DNA of 64,000 nt from contig JAJRVJ010000031.1 in NCBI GenBank assembly GCA_024277435.1, positions 11 through 64,010 on the forward strand, in the 5' to 3' direction. This document shows, one piece after another, positions 1 through 10,003 of this stretch. Origin of the DNA: Patescibacteria group bacterium (GTDB lineage Bacteria; Patescibacteriota; Patescibacteriia; UBA9570). Numbering within the stretch: the stretch's first letter is position 1; the number at the start of each line of letters is the position of its first letter. A program made the translations under genes and the position numbers. A model generated the notes under the pieces. It was not told the DNA's origin and made no database searches. It worked only from the letters and a program-made list of their open reading frames with translations.

Positions 1-368
1 GCTCTTCTGTGCGCGTATTCCTGATTCTATTATTTGTCGTTCGAAGTATGTTAGTTTAGCCATAGACCCATAGGTTATAGGGTCATTACTATATTGTCTT
101 ACAGGTGGGGCATTATGTTTAGAATTCGGCTATATGCGCTCATGGCTTGACAAAATCTCTATTTTATTCTGGCGCGTCACTTTTATGGTTTTTTCACATA
201 TTTAAAGTGGCATTTGTACATTCTACAAATACTTTTTGAGTTATATCTAGATTATACATCGCTTGTTCTTCTGGTTTTGCTATGGCAGAGTGGTCGTTTT
301 TTTGTTGGCAGCGATTATTCTGCCATTAGCAAAACCGGAGTGGCATCCGGAATCTACAAGACCTTATA

Positions 369-1493
369 TTGTTGGGTCGCATCAGAACAGGTAAATCCAT
401 GACCGATCGTCACGCTGACGACAGCGCAATCTCCGGCTCCGCCGCTCACTCCTTCCTCGTGGGCGACGTCCCCAGCTTCAACATCGGACAGATCGAGGAT
501 GTCCGCCCGTACGTCGAGTCCGTGCTGCCCAGCCTGGCCCAGCGCCTAGCGCTAAGCCCGGGAGACGCGGCCGAGATGCACCGGCTCTTCCTGGCCAGCC
601 TCGACGCGGCCACCGTGGCCCTCCCCCAGTACATGGAGGAAGCCTTCGCCCCCGCCATCCCGGAGGGGCGCGAGCTGTTCGACTGGCTCGGGCAGACGCT
701 GATCGACCCCACCGCCTGCACCATCGAGGGGATGGAGAACGTGGTGGAGGCGCGGCGCCTGCAGGCCGGTGGTGCGAACATCATGATGATGAGCAACCAC
801 ACCTCAGGTGCGGACCACCCGGCGACGGAGTGGGCCATCAACAGCGCCCTCGGTGCCGGCAGCACCCACAACTGGCTCTACATGAGTGGGCACGTGGTGA
901 ACTACTTCCTCGTGCCCCTCATGCTCAGCGGCGGCATTCACCGCTTCCAGATCGTGTCGGTGCGGTACCAGGAGGTGGCTAGCAAGCGCACCGATGACCG
1001 CTTGGCCTGGATGCGTGCACGTAACCGGGCCGCCATCATCGCTCTGATGCGTCGAGTGGCCACGGGCGGCAAGTGGATCGTCATGTACCCTGAGGGTGGC
1101 CGTGGAGACGGCGCGCTCAAGGAGGGCGAGCCGCGCACCATGACGGTCCCGCAGGTGGTCGCCGACCTCGGCCCCGACCTGTACATTGTCCCGGTGTATG
1201 TGGAGGCCGCCAGCATCCTGCCGCCGGACCGTCGGTTCGGAGAGGCAGAGTTCACGGCAGTCCTCCACCTGGCGCGCCGCGGTGGAGCCACCGTGAAGTT
1301 CGGCAAGCCGGTCGCCTGGCGCGACCTGCAGCCCTGCAACGACACAGACCTCTGCCTGCCTCCGGGCTGCGACCGACGCGCCCACAAGGCGGCGCTGAAA
1401 CAGTTCCTGCTGACGCAGGTAATGAGCCGCATCGCCGAGATGGCCCCCACCGAGGCCGCCAAGGGCCCCTGGGCCGCGAGTGAGATGAGCTAG
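369..1493 (+). CDS. PlsC/GPAT-family acyltransferase (lysophospholipid/glycerol-3-phosphate acyltransferase-like)
   Basis: HX4D motif (NHTSGAD) and PEGGR motif typical of PlsC-type acyltransferases; strongly GC-rich codon usage unlike rest of window; alternative start ATG at 399. Confidence 0.55.
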   Translation: MLGRIRTGKSMTDRHADDSAISGSAAHSFLVGDVPSFNIGQIEDVRPYVESVLPSLAQRLALSPGDAAEMHRLFLASLDAATVALPQYMEEAFAPAIPEGRELFDWLGQTLIDPTACTIEGMENVVEARRLQAGGANIMMMSNHTSGADHPATEWAINSALGAGSTHNWLYMSGHVVNYFLVPLMLSGGIHRFQIVSVRYQEVASKRTDDRLAWMRARNRAAIIALMRRVATGGKWIVMYPEGGRGDGALKEGEPRTMTVPQVVADLGPDLYIVPVYVEAASILPPDRRFGEAEFTAVLHLARRGGATVKFGKPVAWRDLQPCNDTDLCLPPGCDRRAHKAALKQFLLTQVMSRIAEMAPTEAAKGPWAASEMS

Positions 1494-1669
1494 ATGTAGG
1501 CGCAAGCTCAAACCCTTCCAAGGAGGAAGACCGGGGGCTCGACAATGGAAACTGCGTTGAGCCCCTCCCCCTTAAGTACATGCCAAGAAAACTATTTATA
1601 GCTCGTGTATTTAAGGGGAATGTTCTTTGCATATTCTACCTGCGCCTTTCCCCTGCGCAGAGGAGAGTT

Positions 1670-2224
1670 ATGTCTACTCGACCGCAACTACTCGGATTCG
1701 CTGGTAGCGCCCAGTCTGGTAAGACGGAGCTGCGCGACGCCGGCGTCTTCAGTGATTCCGGCCTCACGATGATCAACCTCAACAACGTCGGGAACGAGCT
1801 GCGCGCCGTGGGTTCGCCCTCGCGCGATCGCTTCACCAACCTGATGCCGGCTGAACTGCTGTACGACGACGGGCGCCGCAAGGCCCCCTACTACAACCAC
1901 GTCGCCACGCGTCCTAACGTCCTCGATCAGCTCATCGGCCGCGATGGTATCCCCTTCGACCACGTCATCCTGCTGGACCCGGTCGATCGCACCATCTGGT
2001 ATGAGCGTTTGCGCATTCGTGCAATGGCCCGCGCCTGGGAGGGCACTCCGCCCACCGGACAACAGGTGGCCGACCTCATGGAGGCCATCGGTTGGGGTCC
2101 GGACACCATCCGCACCAACATCGAAGCGATGGTTCCGGCCCACAAACTATCCGTCGTGGACACCAGCCCCGACGACTGGGGCGAGACCAACCTCCGCGCG
2201 GAGCTCGCCCGCCTCGGCTGGTAG
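1670..2224 (+). CDS. P-loop NTPase / small kinase-like protein
   Basis: Walker A GFAGSAQSGKTE near N-terminus; RBS-like gaggag before ATG at 1670; longer ORF from 1580 is an N-terminal extension; GC-rich. Confidence 0.4.
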   Translation: MSTRPQLLGFAGSAQSGKTELRDAGVFSDSGLTMINLNNVGNELRAVGSPSRDRFTNLMPAELLYDDGRRKAPYYNHVATRPNVLDQLIGRDGIPFDHVILLDPVDRTIWYERLRIRAMARAWEGTPPTGQQVADLMEAIGWGPDTIRTNIEAMVPAHKLSVVDTSPDDWGETNLRAELARLGW

Positions 2225-2342
2225 ACATCGAAAACAACACACGCTTCCAAGGGAAGGAGGGCCCGGGGCTCGGCGTGTAATAAATCGAGCCCCATCTTCC
2301 TAAGCATACTTTGCGAAGTATACTTAGTAAGTTATCTAAAAA

Positions 2343-2370
2343 CAGACCCTATGTAAGGGTCTGTTTTTTT
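2343..2370. terminator. rho-independent terminator hairpin (AAACAGACCCT-ATGTA-AGGGTCTG + T7)
   Basis: perfect 11-bp stem with T-run; sits between convergent genes 1670..2224(+) and 2389..2817(-). Confidence 0.7.
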
Positions 2371-2388
2371 CTGCGCACGTTGTGATTT

Positions 2389-2817
2389 TTATAGTAGCGT
2401 ATGATTATCTTTTTGATGCTGAATAAATGAATCTACATCATCATACTCTGCAAAATTCTCACGATGCGGTAAATCAAATTCTTCTACTGAATCTTTGTTT
2501 TTAATAGGACACCATACCTGCTCCGTCTGCTTAGATACCTCAATTGCAAACGCTAACACACCATTACCATAGCTACAATATAAACAATTTATTTTTTGAA
2601 ACCAATTGAGATATGGTAAGCCAAATCTCTTATCTTTAACATACTTACTACTATCCACTAATTCAATTCCATAAATTGGAAAGCATATCGATTGATAAAT
2701 TTTCGTACATAAATGCAATAATGCAATAGGAATAATCATTCCATAAATAAATGGTGCCGTTAAGGTCATTGCCGCCTGCTGGGCACCTTCATTTTCATAT
2801 ATACGAGCTTTATTCAT
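2389..2817 (-). CDS. hypothetical membrane-associated protein
   Basis: 142-aa ORF, hydrophobic segment, no recognisable motif. Confidence 0.35.
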   Translation of the reverse strand: MNKARIYENEGAQQAAMTLTAPFIYGMIIPIALLHLCTKIYQSICFPIYGIELVDSSKYVKDKRFGLPYLNWFQKINCLYCSYGNGVLAFAIEVSKQTEQVWCPIKNKDSVEEFDLPHRENFAEYDDVDSFIQHQKDNHTLL

Positions 2818-2903
2818 AATACTTTACTAATGTTCTTTAATTCTGTTACTTAATTGGGATTAGCTCTAGTATAGCAATATTTAGCAAATTCTGCTTAATT
2901 ATG

Positions 2904-4046
2904 CTATTGAGGAGCTAGCTGACTTGCAGCATATACCCCTGTAATAAAACAATCTTCTAAACTTGGAATATTATGCTCTCCTATCATATATATACCCTCT
3001 TTAAATTCAACAGGCACAAGGGTATCGCTCATGCGCACGCTAAATGCTGGGCTCCAATTATGCTGTGCGATTATATCATAGGACTGAAAATACTCATCGA
3101 TATTTATCCCTTCCTTACTTCTTCCATATAACAAAAATGTACCATCTATTTGTTCAGCTAAACAGATTGTAGGATTACTGATATGAAAAAAGTGATAGTG
3201 CTTACTTTGATATTTAGGCTTGCGCGTACCCCGCAAGTGATACATATACGCGTGAACAGCTTCATTTGGATTCTCTTGGTTTAGCAGGCTAAAGGCTGGC
3301 CCACTTGGTGTGGCTATAACAATATTATCTGCAGTATACTCACTACCAGATTTACAACGTATAGTATATGGATGCGATTCTGTATTAATAGAAGTTACAG
3401 AATCTATTTGTATTGCATCCTGAACTGGATTGGATAGTTTTTCTAAATCGAATGTAAATTCATACGAAGGCGTTACAAATGGAAGTGATAACCATAATAA
3501 ATAAAATGCGGATAATTCATCTAGCGATCGAAAAGCCGTGACATAGATACCATGTTCAATATATTCCACAATAAATTCATCAATCCCATGTTGTTTCAAC
3601 CATGCTTTAGCCGGCGTACTATAAAGCTCCTTTAAATACTGATTTTCTTCTATAGCTATTGCATGCGATTTTATCGCAGCCTGCTCACGCATTTCTTTAA
3701 AATGCCCTCGAAATTCTCGCAATAATTTTCTGTACCGCAATGCTTGCTGAAGTTTCCTACCAACACCGATAGACCAAATAGTTTTTCCATTACCTTCTTC
3801 GTCATAAAAAATTGCATTTAATTCCGTAATTTTTCGTCCACGCGTAACGTATGGTAGTACATTTGTATAATCCTCAGTAATATAATATGCACCATAATTC
3901 ACTACCTTATCTTTTGATTGCTTAAGACACCCCCCTATATTTTTACTAATCACCAAAAAATCTTCACCCCGTTTGATTAAGGAATTGGCACAGCTTAAAC
4001 CAGCTATTCCAGCGCCGATAATAATTGTTGGGTAGTGCGTCCTCAT
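2904..4046 (-). CDS. FAD/NAD(P)-binding oxidoreductase
   Basis: N-terminal Rossmann dinucleotide motif IIIGAGIAGL. Confidence 0.55.
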   Translation of the reverse strand: MRTHYPTIIIGAGIAGLSCANSLIKRGEDFLVISKNIGGCLKQSKDKVVNYGAYYITEDYTNVLPYVTRGRKITELNAIFYDEEGNGKTIWSIGVGRKLQQALRYRKLLREFRGHFKEMREQAAIKSHAIAIEENQYLKELYSTPAKAWLKQHGIDEFIVEYIEHGIYVTAFRSLDELSAFYLLWLSLPFVTPSYEFTFDLEKLSNPVQDAIQIDSVTSINTESHPYTIRCKSGSEYTADNIVIATPSGPAFSLLNQENPNEAVHAYMYHLRGTRKPKYQSKHYHFFHISNPTICLAEQIDGTFLLYGRSKEGINIDEYFQSYDIIAQHNWSPAFSVRMSDTLVPVEFKEGIYMIGEHNIPSLEDCFITGVYAASQLAPQ

Positions 4047-4051
4047 ATATG

Positions 4052-4903
4052 TTATTTCAATCGCAACGAATACTTATTATTCTTTCCCCAATCTAGATCC
4101 CTATTAAAGCTGTATGTTTGATTTTTATGCTCTACAGTTATTATTATATAATCCTTCTGACCAGGTATTTCTCCTGCTGTAAATTTACCTTTACTATTCG
4201 TTTTGCCCGACCATAACTCTTCTCCAGATGACGATGTAATAGTAACATCTGCTGCACGCACTACCCTGCCTTTTATGTTCCTTACTGTACCTTTTATATA
4301 TGGGTTTCCTTGTGCAAGAATTTCGATGTTGTCTAGTATAGCTATTGCATCACCATATTCTTCTTGATTGAATTGAAATATCAAATCATATTTTCTACCC
4401 CTCTTTAAATCACTGATATCAAGATGAGCCGTTTTGTATTGATATCCACCACGGGTTTTTTCTGAAACTTTTTTTATTACATGTTTTTTTCCAGTACGCA
4501 CATCCCGTAAGATCACTTTTAGAGAACTTTCCTCATAACTCATTGGTTCATAATACCAAGCATAGTTTAATTGAATGCGATCAGCTTTTTTTGGTAACAT
4601 AATACGTTGCTTAACACGCTCCATAACCCTACCTGTAAACCCAAATAGAATATTTGGAGCTGAGTTTGGCTCCAAATCGTACCTGTTCCAACTTATTATT
4701 TTGTCACATGATAATGGTGCGCATTTCCAATGCTTATAATCATAAACATAATCTAAAAGCTCTTCGTCAAATTCTGAAGTGTAATTACTAAACTCACCAT
4801 TTTTAACCATATTCTTATTCATTACTTTTGCTGAAGCCGGTGCCGCAATAAGTAAGGCAGTAATTGATACTATTCCAAAAATATATGTTGATATTTTTTT
4901 CAT
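4052..4903 (-). CDS. secreted protein with C-terminal carboxypeptidase-regulatory-like beta-sandwich domain
   Basis: signal peptide MKKISTYIFGIVSITALLIAAPASA; C-terminal GTVRN.KG..V..A.V pattern. Confidence 0.45.
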   Translation of the reverse strand: MKKISTYIFGIVSITALLIAAPASAKVMNKNMVKNGEFSNYTSEFDEELLDYVYDYKHWKCAPLSCDKIISWNRYDLEPNSAPNILFGFTGRVMERVKQRIMLPKKADRIQLNYAWYYEPMSYEESSLKVILRDVRTGKKHVIKKVSEKTRGGYQYKTAHLDISDLKRGRKYDLIFQFNQEEYGDAIAILDNIEILAQGNPYIKGTVRNIKGRVVRAADVTITSSSGEELWSGKTNSKGKFTAGEIPGQKDYIIITVEHKNQTYSFNRDLDWGKNNKYSLRLK

Positions 4904-4966
4904 TGTATTATTAATTAATGCTTATTTTATAGAAATCTAGTATACGTGTTGTATATGAATATACAA

Positions 4967-5674
4967 CTATTTTTTCATATAATATGATTTTTTGCTTTTA
5001 CTGAATTTTTCAATCGCATAACGCAACATAGTGCGCGGCATAACCTTATAATATTTCCCCAAGAATTCTTCTTCAACCTTCTGGTCACGCTTACCTACTT
5101 CACGTAGCATCCAACCTACAGCCCTATGAATTAAATCATGTTCGTGATGAAGTAGTATTTTAGAAATCTTTAGCGTGTCATCATATTGATTATCTTGAAT
5201 AAAACGCGCCGTTGCAATAATAGCAATCCGCTGCTTCCACAAATCCTTTGATCGAGCCAGAGTATACAGTTGCTTTCGTGAATGTGTAAACATATACTCC
5301 CCTACAATTTTATAGGCCGAGCTATCCACTAAATCCCAATTATTCACATACCGGGTATTCTTGAGATACAAATTATAAATTGATTTTCGCATTTTCTCAT
5401 CGCCATTCTCAAATTGATCTACCAAAATAAATAATGCCACCAAGCGATGCTCGTGCCATGGACTTGCTAGTAATTTTTTTACCTCTGCTAACGGTAATTC
5501 TCGATACTTGCGAGCTACCTTTCTTTGTTCTGGAACAGTAACACCAAGGAACTTATCACCTTCTCCGTATTGACCTTTTCCTGTTTTAAAAAACCAAGCC
5601 GAAGCCTCTGCCTTCTGCTTGGTAGCGAGTGCCTTAAGGTCGCCCCTAAGTTTAGAAAGTGTATATTGCGCCAC
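4967..5674 (-). CDS. DNA alkylation repair protein (AlkD/AlkC-like HEAT-repeat glycosylase family)
   Basis: full-length similarity pattern to DNA_alkylation family (WDLVDSS, helical repeats, ~235 aa). Confidence 0.65.
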   Translation of the reverse strand: MAQYTLSKLRGDLKALATKQKAEASAWFFKTGKGQYGEGDKFLGVTVPEQRKVARKYRELPLAEVKKLLASPWHEHRLVALFILVDQFENGDEKMRKSIYNLYLKNTRYVNNWDLVDSSAYKIVGEYMFTHSRKQLYTLARSKDLWKQRIAIIATARFIQDNQYDDTLKISKILLHHEHDLIHRAVGWMLREVGKRDQKVEEEFLGKYYKVMPRTMLRYAIEKFSKSKKSYYMKK

Positions 5675-5699
5675 ATAAATAGCTTACCAAGAGCTATTC

Positions 5700-6605
5700 T
5701 TAATTGCAATCTAGTGCGGTTTGTAGATTACTAAGATTATCTTCCATTACAGAAATATACTCTCTGCCAGCAGCAAGATCATCTTCTGATAATGCCTCAA
5801 GTGGATTTAATACTAATGTTTCTACGCCTGTATCTGCAGCCAACGATTCTGATAATTCAGGGCTAGTAAGTTCTTCAAAAAAGATATAATCAATATTGAT
5901 CTCACTAATAACCTCCGTTAGCTCAGCCAGTCTTTTTGCAGATGGTTTCACATCTGGTGAAAATCCTGCAATTGATTCAACTGAAAAATTATACTGTTCT
6001 GCCATACGGCCAAATGCATCGTGCGCTACCACTATTGTATCTAAATTACATTGCGCTAATCCCACTTCGAACGTAGTGTGAAGCTCTTCTAACTCCGTAA
6101 TATATTGTTCTGCATTCATCTTGTAGCTAGCACTATTATCTGGATCAACCTCAGATAAGCCCACTTCAATTACCTCCACCATTTCGGTTGCTAGCATTGG
6201 ATCTAACCATGTGTGAGGGTCTGCGGTTTGTGATTCCAAAGAATCCATGATCTGAATAACAGTAGTTCCTTGTGCCTCAAGGTCTGGGATTAAATCTTTA
6301 ACCCAGGGATCAAAATTCCCTCCTTGATACACTAATACGTCTGCAGAGTAAATATCGGCTACCACTTGAGGAGTTGGTGCATAACTATGGCTACCAGATC
6401 CTTGTGGCGGCGTAATCAACTCAACAGCATCTCCACCTACTTGATCAACGAAATGCTCTAATACATAAAAGGTTGTAGCAACCGTTATTGCGTCTGAGTC
6501 ACTAGATGGTTCTTCGGATAATAAGGTGCAACCAGATAATACTGTTAGGCTACCAAAAACGATTATAGATGCTAGTATATATTTCATGTATATATTATAT
6601 TGCAA
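5700..6605 (-). CDS. metal ABC transporter substrate-binding lipoprotein (ZnuA/TroA family)
   Basis: lipoprotein signal (LSGC), ZnuA-like fold signature, His/Asp-rich central region. Confidence 0.65.
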   Translation of the reverse strand: MQYNIYMKYILASIIVFGSLTVLSGCTLLSEEPSSDSDAITVATTFYVLEHFVDQVGGDAVELITPPQGSGSHSYAPTPQVVADIYSADVLVYQGGNFDPWVKDLIPDLEAQGTTVIQIMDSLESQTADPHTWLDPMLATEMVEVIEVGLSEVDPDNSASYKMNAEQYITELEELHTTFEVGLAQCNLDTIVVAHDAFGRMAEQYNFSVESIAGFSPDVKPSAKRLAELTEVISEINIDYIFFEELTSPELSESLAADTGVETLVLNPLEALSEDDLAAGREYISVMEDNLSNLQTALDCN

Positions 6606-6645
6606 ATCATTTGCTTTTGCAAGGTATTTATGAAAACTATAGTTA

Positions 6646-7047
6646 CTATATAGTAAACATAGTTATTCCAGAATCCCAAATAAGTTGATCCCCAAATCCA
6701 TCCCACCACAATTGCCACTGAGCTTGCGCACCAGCTGGATTGTTATCATATTCTTGATCTGTAATATCTAATGGATACTCAATATATTGATTCAATGCAT
6801 TGCGAGCAGTAACCGATACCGACACCTCACTCAATGCCGCTATAAGCACAGGTATGGCCTCCACTCTACCCTGAGCTAGTAATGCACGTGCAGCAGCAGT
6901 GCGAATCCCCTCGTCCTCATCTTGAAGTGATGACAATAGTGATTCTGCTGAATTTTGGTCATTAGCAGTACTCCATAAAATTATGGTAGCAACAAATACA
7001 AGGCACGCTATACTGCCGATAATGAGTACAGTTTTATTTCTATTCAT
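6646..7047 (-). CDS. membrane-anchored HEAT (PBS-lyase-like) repeat protein
   Basis: N-terminal TM; repeats of D.GIR..AARALL..G...AIPVLIAAL. Confidence 0.45.
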   Translation of the reverse strand: MNRNKTVLIIGSIACLVFVATIILWSTANDQNSAESLLSSLQDEDEGIRTAAARALLAQGRVEAIPVLIAALSEVSVSVTARNALNQYIEYPLDITDQEYDNNPAGAQAQWQLWWDGFGDQLIWDSGITMFTI

Positions 7048-7065
7048 ACGAAATAACTATACAAA

Positions 7066-7098
7066 ACAGTCCCCTTGTTGGGGACTGTTTTTTTGAAC
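7066..7098. terminator. rho-independent terminator hairpin (AAACAGTCCCC-TTGTT-GGGGACTG + T7)
   Basis: perfect stem, T-runs on both strands; downstream of 7107..7955(-). Confidence 0.7.
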
Positions 7099-7106
7099 TT
7101 ATGCTC

Positions 7107-7955
7107 TTAACCTTCAAATGTACCATTCGTGGTGAATTTCTTCTTTAGTTTCTTTGACTTTCCAGCTTCGTTCTTAAACCAGGCGCGAACTTGATAGGTA
7201 GTTCCCGGTTTTAATTTCTTGTAGGTGAAATTCCACTTGGTGTTTGTACTACTTGTACTCACAGCTTTTTTATTCTTTTTCTTCCATTTTGTCCATTTAC
7301 CAGTTGTACCTTTTTTCTTCCAGCGAATTTCACGAATAACTTTTGTTGGACGATCTGATGCATCTTTTAACACCACACGATAATTTACTTTTTTCTTGGT
7401 TTTCTTAGTGATCTTCACTTTCTTTGGTTTCTTTGGTTTAGTTACCTCTTCGCTACTATTATCAGCACATGATCCATCACCAATAGTGAATGTACTAGAT
7501 TCTGTATAATTAGCAGATGGACCAGGATCTTCAGTGGTAGCCATTAATTTATAGCATCCATCGGTGGGATTCTTTACATTATTCATGCCAATTTGCCAAC
7601 TTGTTGAATATGAACTAGTAAAATCAACATCCATAGTCCAAGCTTCGTTATTTTGAATGGCTTCTGAACTTTCGGCAGTGAAATTTAGCACTGGACTCAT
7701 TGTTGAATTTTCAAAACTATACCCTGTATCATCTGGAACCCCAGCATCTTTGGTAGCGAAAAAGAATGTCATATCCTTATTATCGGTACCCATAGTATGA
7801 TCTGTAGCTAAACCTACGCTAAATGTATATGAGGTAGTTGCGCCAGCAACAGTTGAGGATGGAGTTACGCGTAATGAACTAATATTGGAATCAGCTGCTA
7901 AAGTAAGTGATGGCAAGCTCAGAGCCACAATGATGGCGATAATGTATTTACGCAT
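7107..7955 (-). CDS. secreted protein with Lys-rich FN3-like C-terminal module
   Basis: signal peptide; C-terminal K-rich beta-sandwich-like segment (..YQVRAWFKNEAGKSKK) shared with 23232..24221 and 35881..36783. Confidence 0.5.
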   Translation of the reverse strand: MRKYIIAIIVALSLPSLTLAADSNISSLRVTPSSTVAGATTSYTFSVGLATDHTMGTDNKDMTFFFATKDAGVPDDTGYSFENSTMSPVLNFTAESSEAIQNNEAWTMDVDFTSSYSTSWQIGMNNVKNPTDGCYKLMATTEDPGPSANYTESSTFTIGDGSCADNSSEEVTKPKKPKKVKITKKTKKKVNYRVVLKDASDRPTKVIREIRWKKKGTTGKWTKWKKKNKKAVSTSSTNTKWNFTYKKLKPGTTYQVRAWFKNEAGKSKKLKKKFTTNGTFEG

Positions 7956-8034
7956 GAATATTCTATGAATAATTAACTAGAAATAGTATAGCAAAATTAT
8001 ACGTAATTGTTAATGTTGATATGACAAGCCGTAA

Positions 8035-8726
8035 TTAGGCCAACTTAGAAATAATCTCAGCATGAATAGTTTGTAGTTGCTTTACAACACCCCCGAGCGC
8101 ACTATCTTGTTGTACTAATACATCATGTTCAACGTTTCCGTATGATAATTTTTTCACCTTCTCAATCAACGCATTAATATAATTCCACTGCTCCCACAAT
8201 ACAGCAGCTTCTTTACGTAAGGCCACAACCTTAGCTAACGTTTCTAAACGATGCTGAGTATTGATGACATCGCGCACTAAATGATCGGTTTGTTTGCGAT
8301 AACTCAATTGCATGGGTAGCTGCACTTCAAGCTCTGTAACAAAACGCAATAAGTCACAATTCGCAACAATATCACCGTAATCATAACCAAACATAAACAC
8401 ATATTCTTCCAAGCTCTCATTAGGAAGCGAACCCATTACTGTACGATGAAATGTATCTAACCAAATGGAGTAATCACGTGACTTTTCTGGAAGATCTGGC
8501 AGCGTAATTCCAGCGCTATTCGCAAATTCCTTTGCAATCACTAAATAACTATCATAAAATTCCTTACGTAATTGCAGTTGCTGAGTAACAGTATTATGTA
8601 CTCTCTGTACTGGCTCGATATCATCAACTTCAAGTAATTTTAATATTTCAAATTTACTAAAAAAAGCCGCTGTATTGGCTGCTAAATAACTTGCATTATA
8701 GTGATCTTGTAAAGTGAGTTCCATTT
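8035..8726 (-). CDS. hypothetical all-helical protein (probable start at MELTLQD)
   Basis: ORF immediately downstream of the Pif1-like helicase; longer ORF to 8841 would overlap helicase by ~90 bp. Confidence 0.4.
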
Positions 8727-8752
8727 GTCCAACAGTATAGCATATTTTTTCA

Positions 8753-9973
8753 TCAGCGCGGCAATGCCTGATCAAACTCTCGCACTGTATCCGAGATGGA
8801 TAGCGCCCGTTTATTAATGCCTTTAATAAATAGACCATCAAGGGATGTTACTCGAGATAATGCAACATATCCCATGCCAGGAGCAAATGATTTTGATAAA
8901 TCAATTTGCGCAGAATCGAGCGTCATCCCCTGACTCTTATGCACGGTGATAGCCCAAGCTAAACGCAATGGCAATTGTGTAAGCTCCGCCTGTATAACAT
9001 TCCCCTGCTCCATTACCCATAGCTCTGGCTTCACAATTATTTCCTTGCCAGAATCTGTTTCTACTGTAGGATATTCCGAATTACACTCGGTAACCGTACC
9101 TAAGGTTCCATTAATATATCCAGCTGCTGGATTATTTTTTAAGAACATCACCCGTGCGCCAATTTTTAATTCAAGCTCTTCTGGTGCTAGGCAATATTTT
9201 TTTAGTGTTACTATTTGATTCTTCTTACCACTGGTTTGCATGTAATACGAATGTGGCTTTTCAGAAATTTTTGCTAATTCTGCATCGTTCAAAGCATTAA
9301 CATCAATATTGTGAGTATATATTTTTGTATGCTCATTATCATCGTCAGCAAGATCAACCCTTGACTCAAGCGCATTAAGGCTTTTCTGAGAAACAGTTCC
9401 ACTGCGAATTTCTGTAAGAATATCTAATAATGGATCATCACTCTGCCGATGTACTTTATCTAAATAACATACTTCTAAATCCATTTCGTTCCAAGCATCT
9501 GCTTGAAACGCAAATTGCACCGTATTACCACCTCGTGAAATTGGAGGTAATTGAAAAAAATCTCCCGCAAATACCACCTGAATTCCACCATATGGTTCAT
9601 TGATACCACTAACAGCGCGTAACACCTCATCTATCAAATTAACCCGCTTCTCATCTAGCATTGATACTTCATCAATAATAAGGATATCGGTATTACCAAA
9701 GCGTTTGTACAAGTACTCTCGTTGAGCTAATCCATCAATTTCATAGGCTGATAATTCATCTTTAATACCAATGCCAGACCAGGAGTGAATTGTACTACCC
9801 CCTAAATGAGTAGCGGCAATTCCGGTTGACGCGGTAATAGCAACCTTAAGCTTTTCTGTATGTGCCCAGTTGATAAACTTATTAAATACGTAGGTTTTTC
9901 CAGATCCAGCCGGACCAGTAAGAAATGCGTGATGGCCATCTTGCAATATCTTAAGTGCGTTGTCTTGAGTCAT
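8753..9973 (-). CDS. Pif1/RecD-family ATP-dependent DNA helicase
   Basis: Walker A GPAGSGKT, DEVSM, QLPPI, VHKSQG motifs. Confidence 0.75.
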   Translation of the reverse strand: MTQDNALKILQDGHHAFLTGPAGSGKTYVFNKFINWAHTEKLKVAITASTGIAATHLGGSTIHSWSGIGIKDELSAYEIDGLAQREYLYKRFGNTDILIIDEVSMLDEKRVNLIDEVLRAVSGINEPYGGIQVVFAGDFFQLPPISRGGNTVQFAFQADAWNEMDLEVCYLDKVHRQSDDPLLDILTEIRSGTVSQKSLNALESRVDLADDDNEHTKIYTHNIDVNALNDAELAKISEKPHSYYMQTSGKKNQIVTLKKYCLAPEELELKIGARVMFLKNNPAAGYINGTLGTVTECNSEYPTVETDSGKEIIVKPELWVMEQGNVIQAELTQLPLRLAWAITVHKSQGMTLDSAQIDLSKSFAPGMGYVALSRVTSLDGLFIKGINKRALSISDTVREFDQALPR

Positions 9974-10003
9974 GTTCCGTAGTATAGCACAACTATATAC
10001 AGC

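Noticed and set aside
446-2307. Many overlapping antisense and alternate-frame ORFs in the GC-rich islet (e.g. 446..871-, 804..1511-, 1688..2143-, 1944..2303+)
   Set aside because: High GC suppresses stop codons in all frames; the sense-frame genes carry recognisable motifs (HX4D, Walker A) and the others do not.
7200-7450. Repetitive Lys-codon tracts (AAG/AAA repeats) that might resemble a short-repeat array
   Set aside because: These are protein-level low-complexity coding repeats inside ORFs. There is no repeat/spacer periodicity or CRISPR-like structure anywhere in the window.
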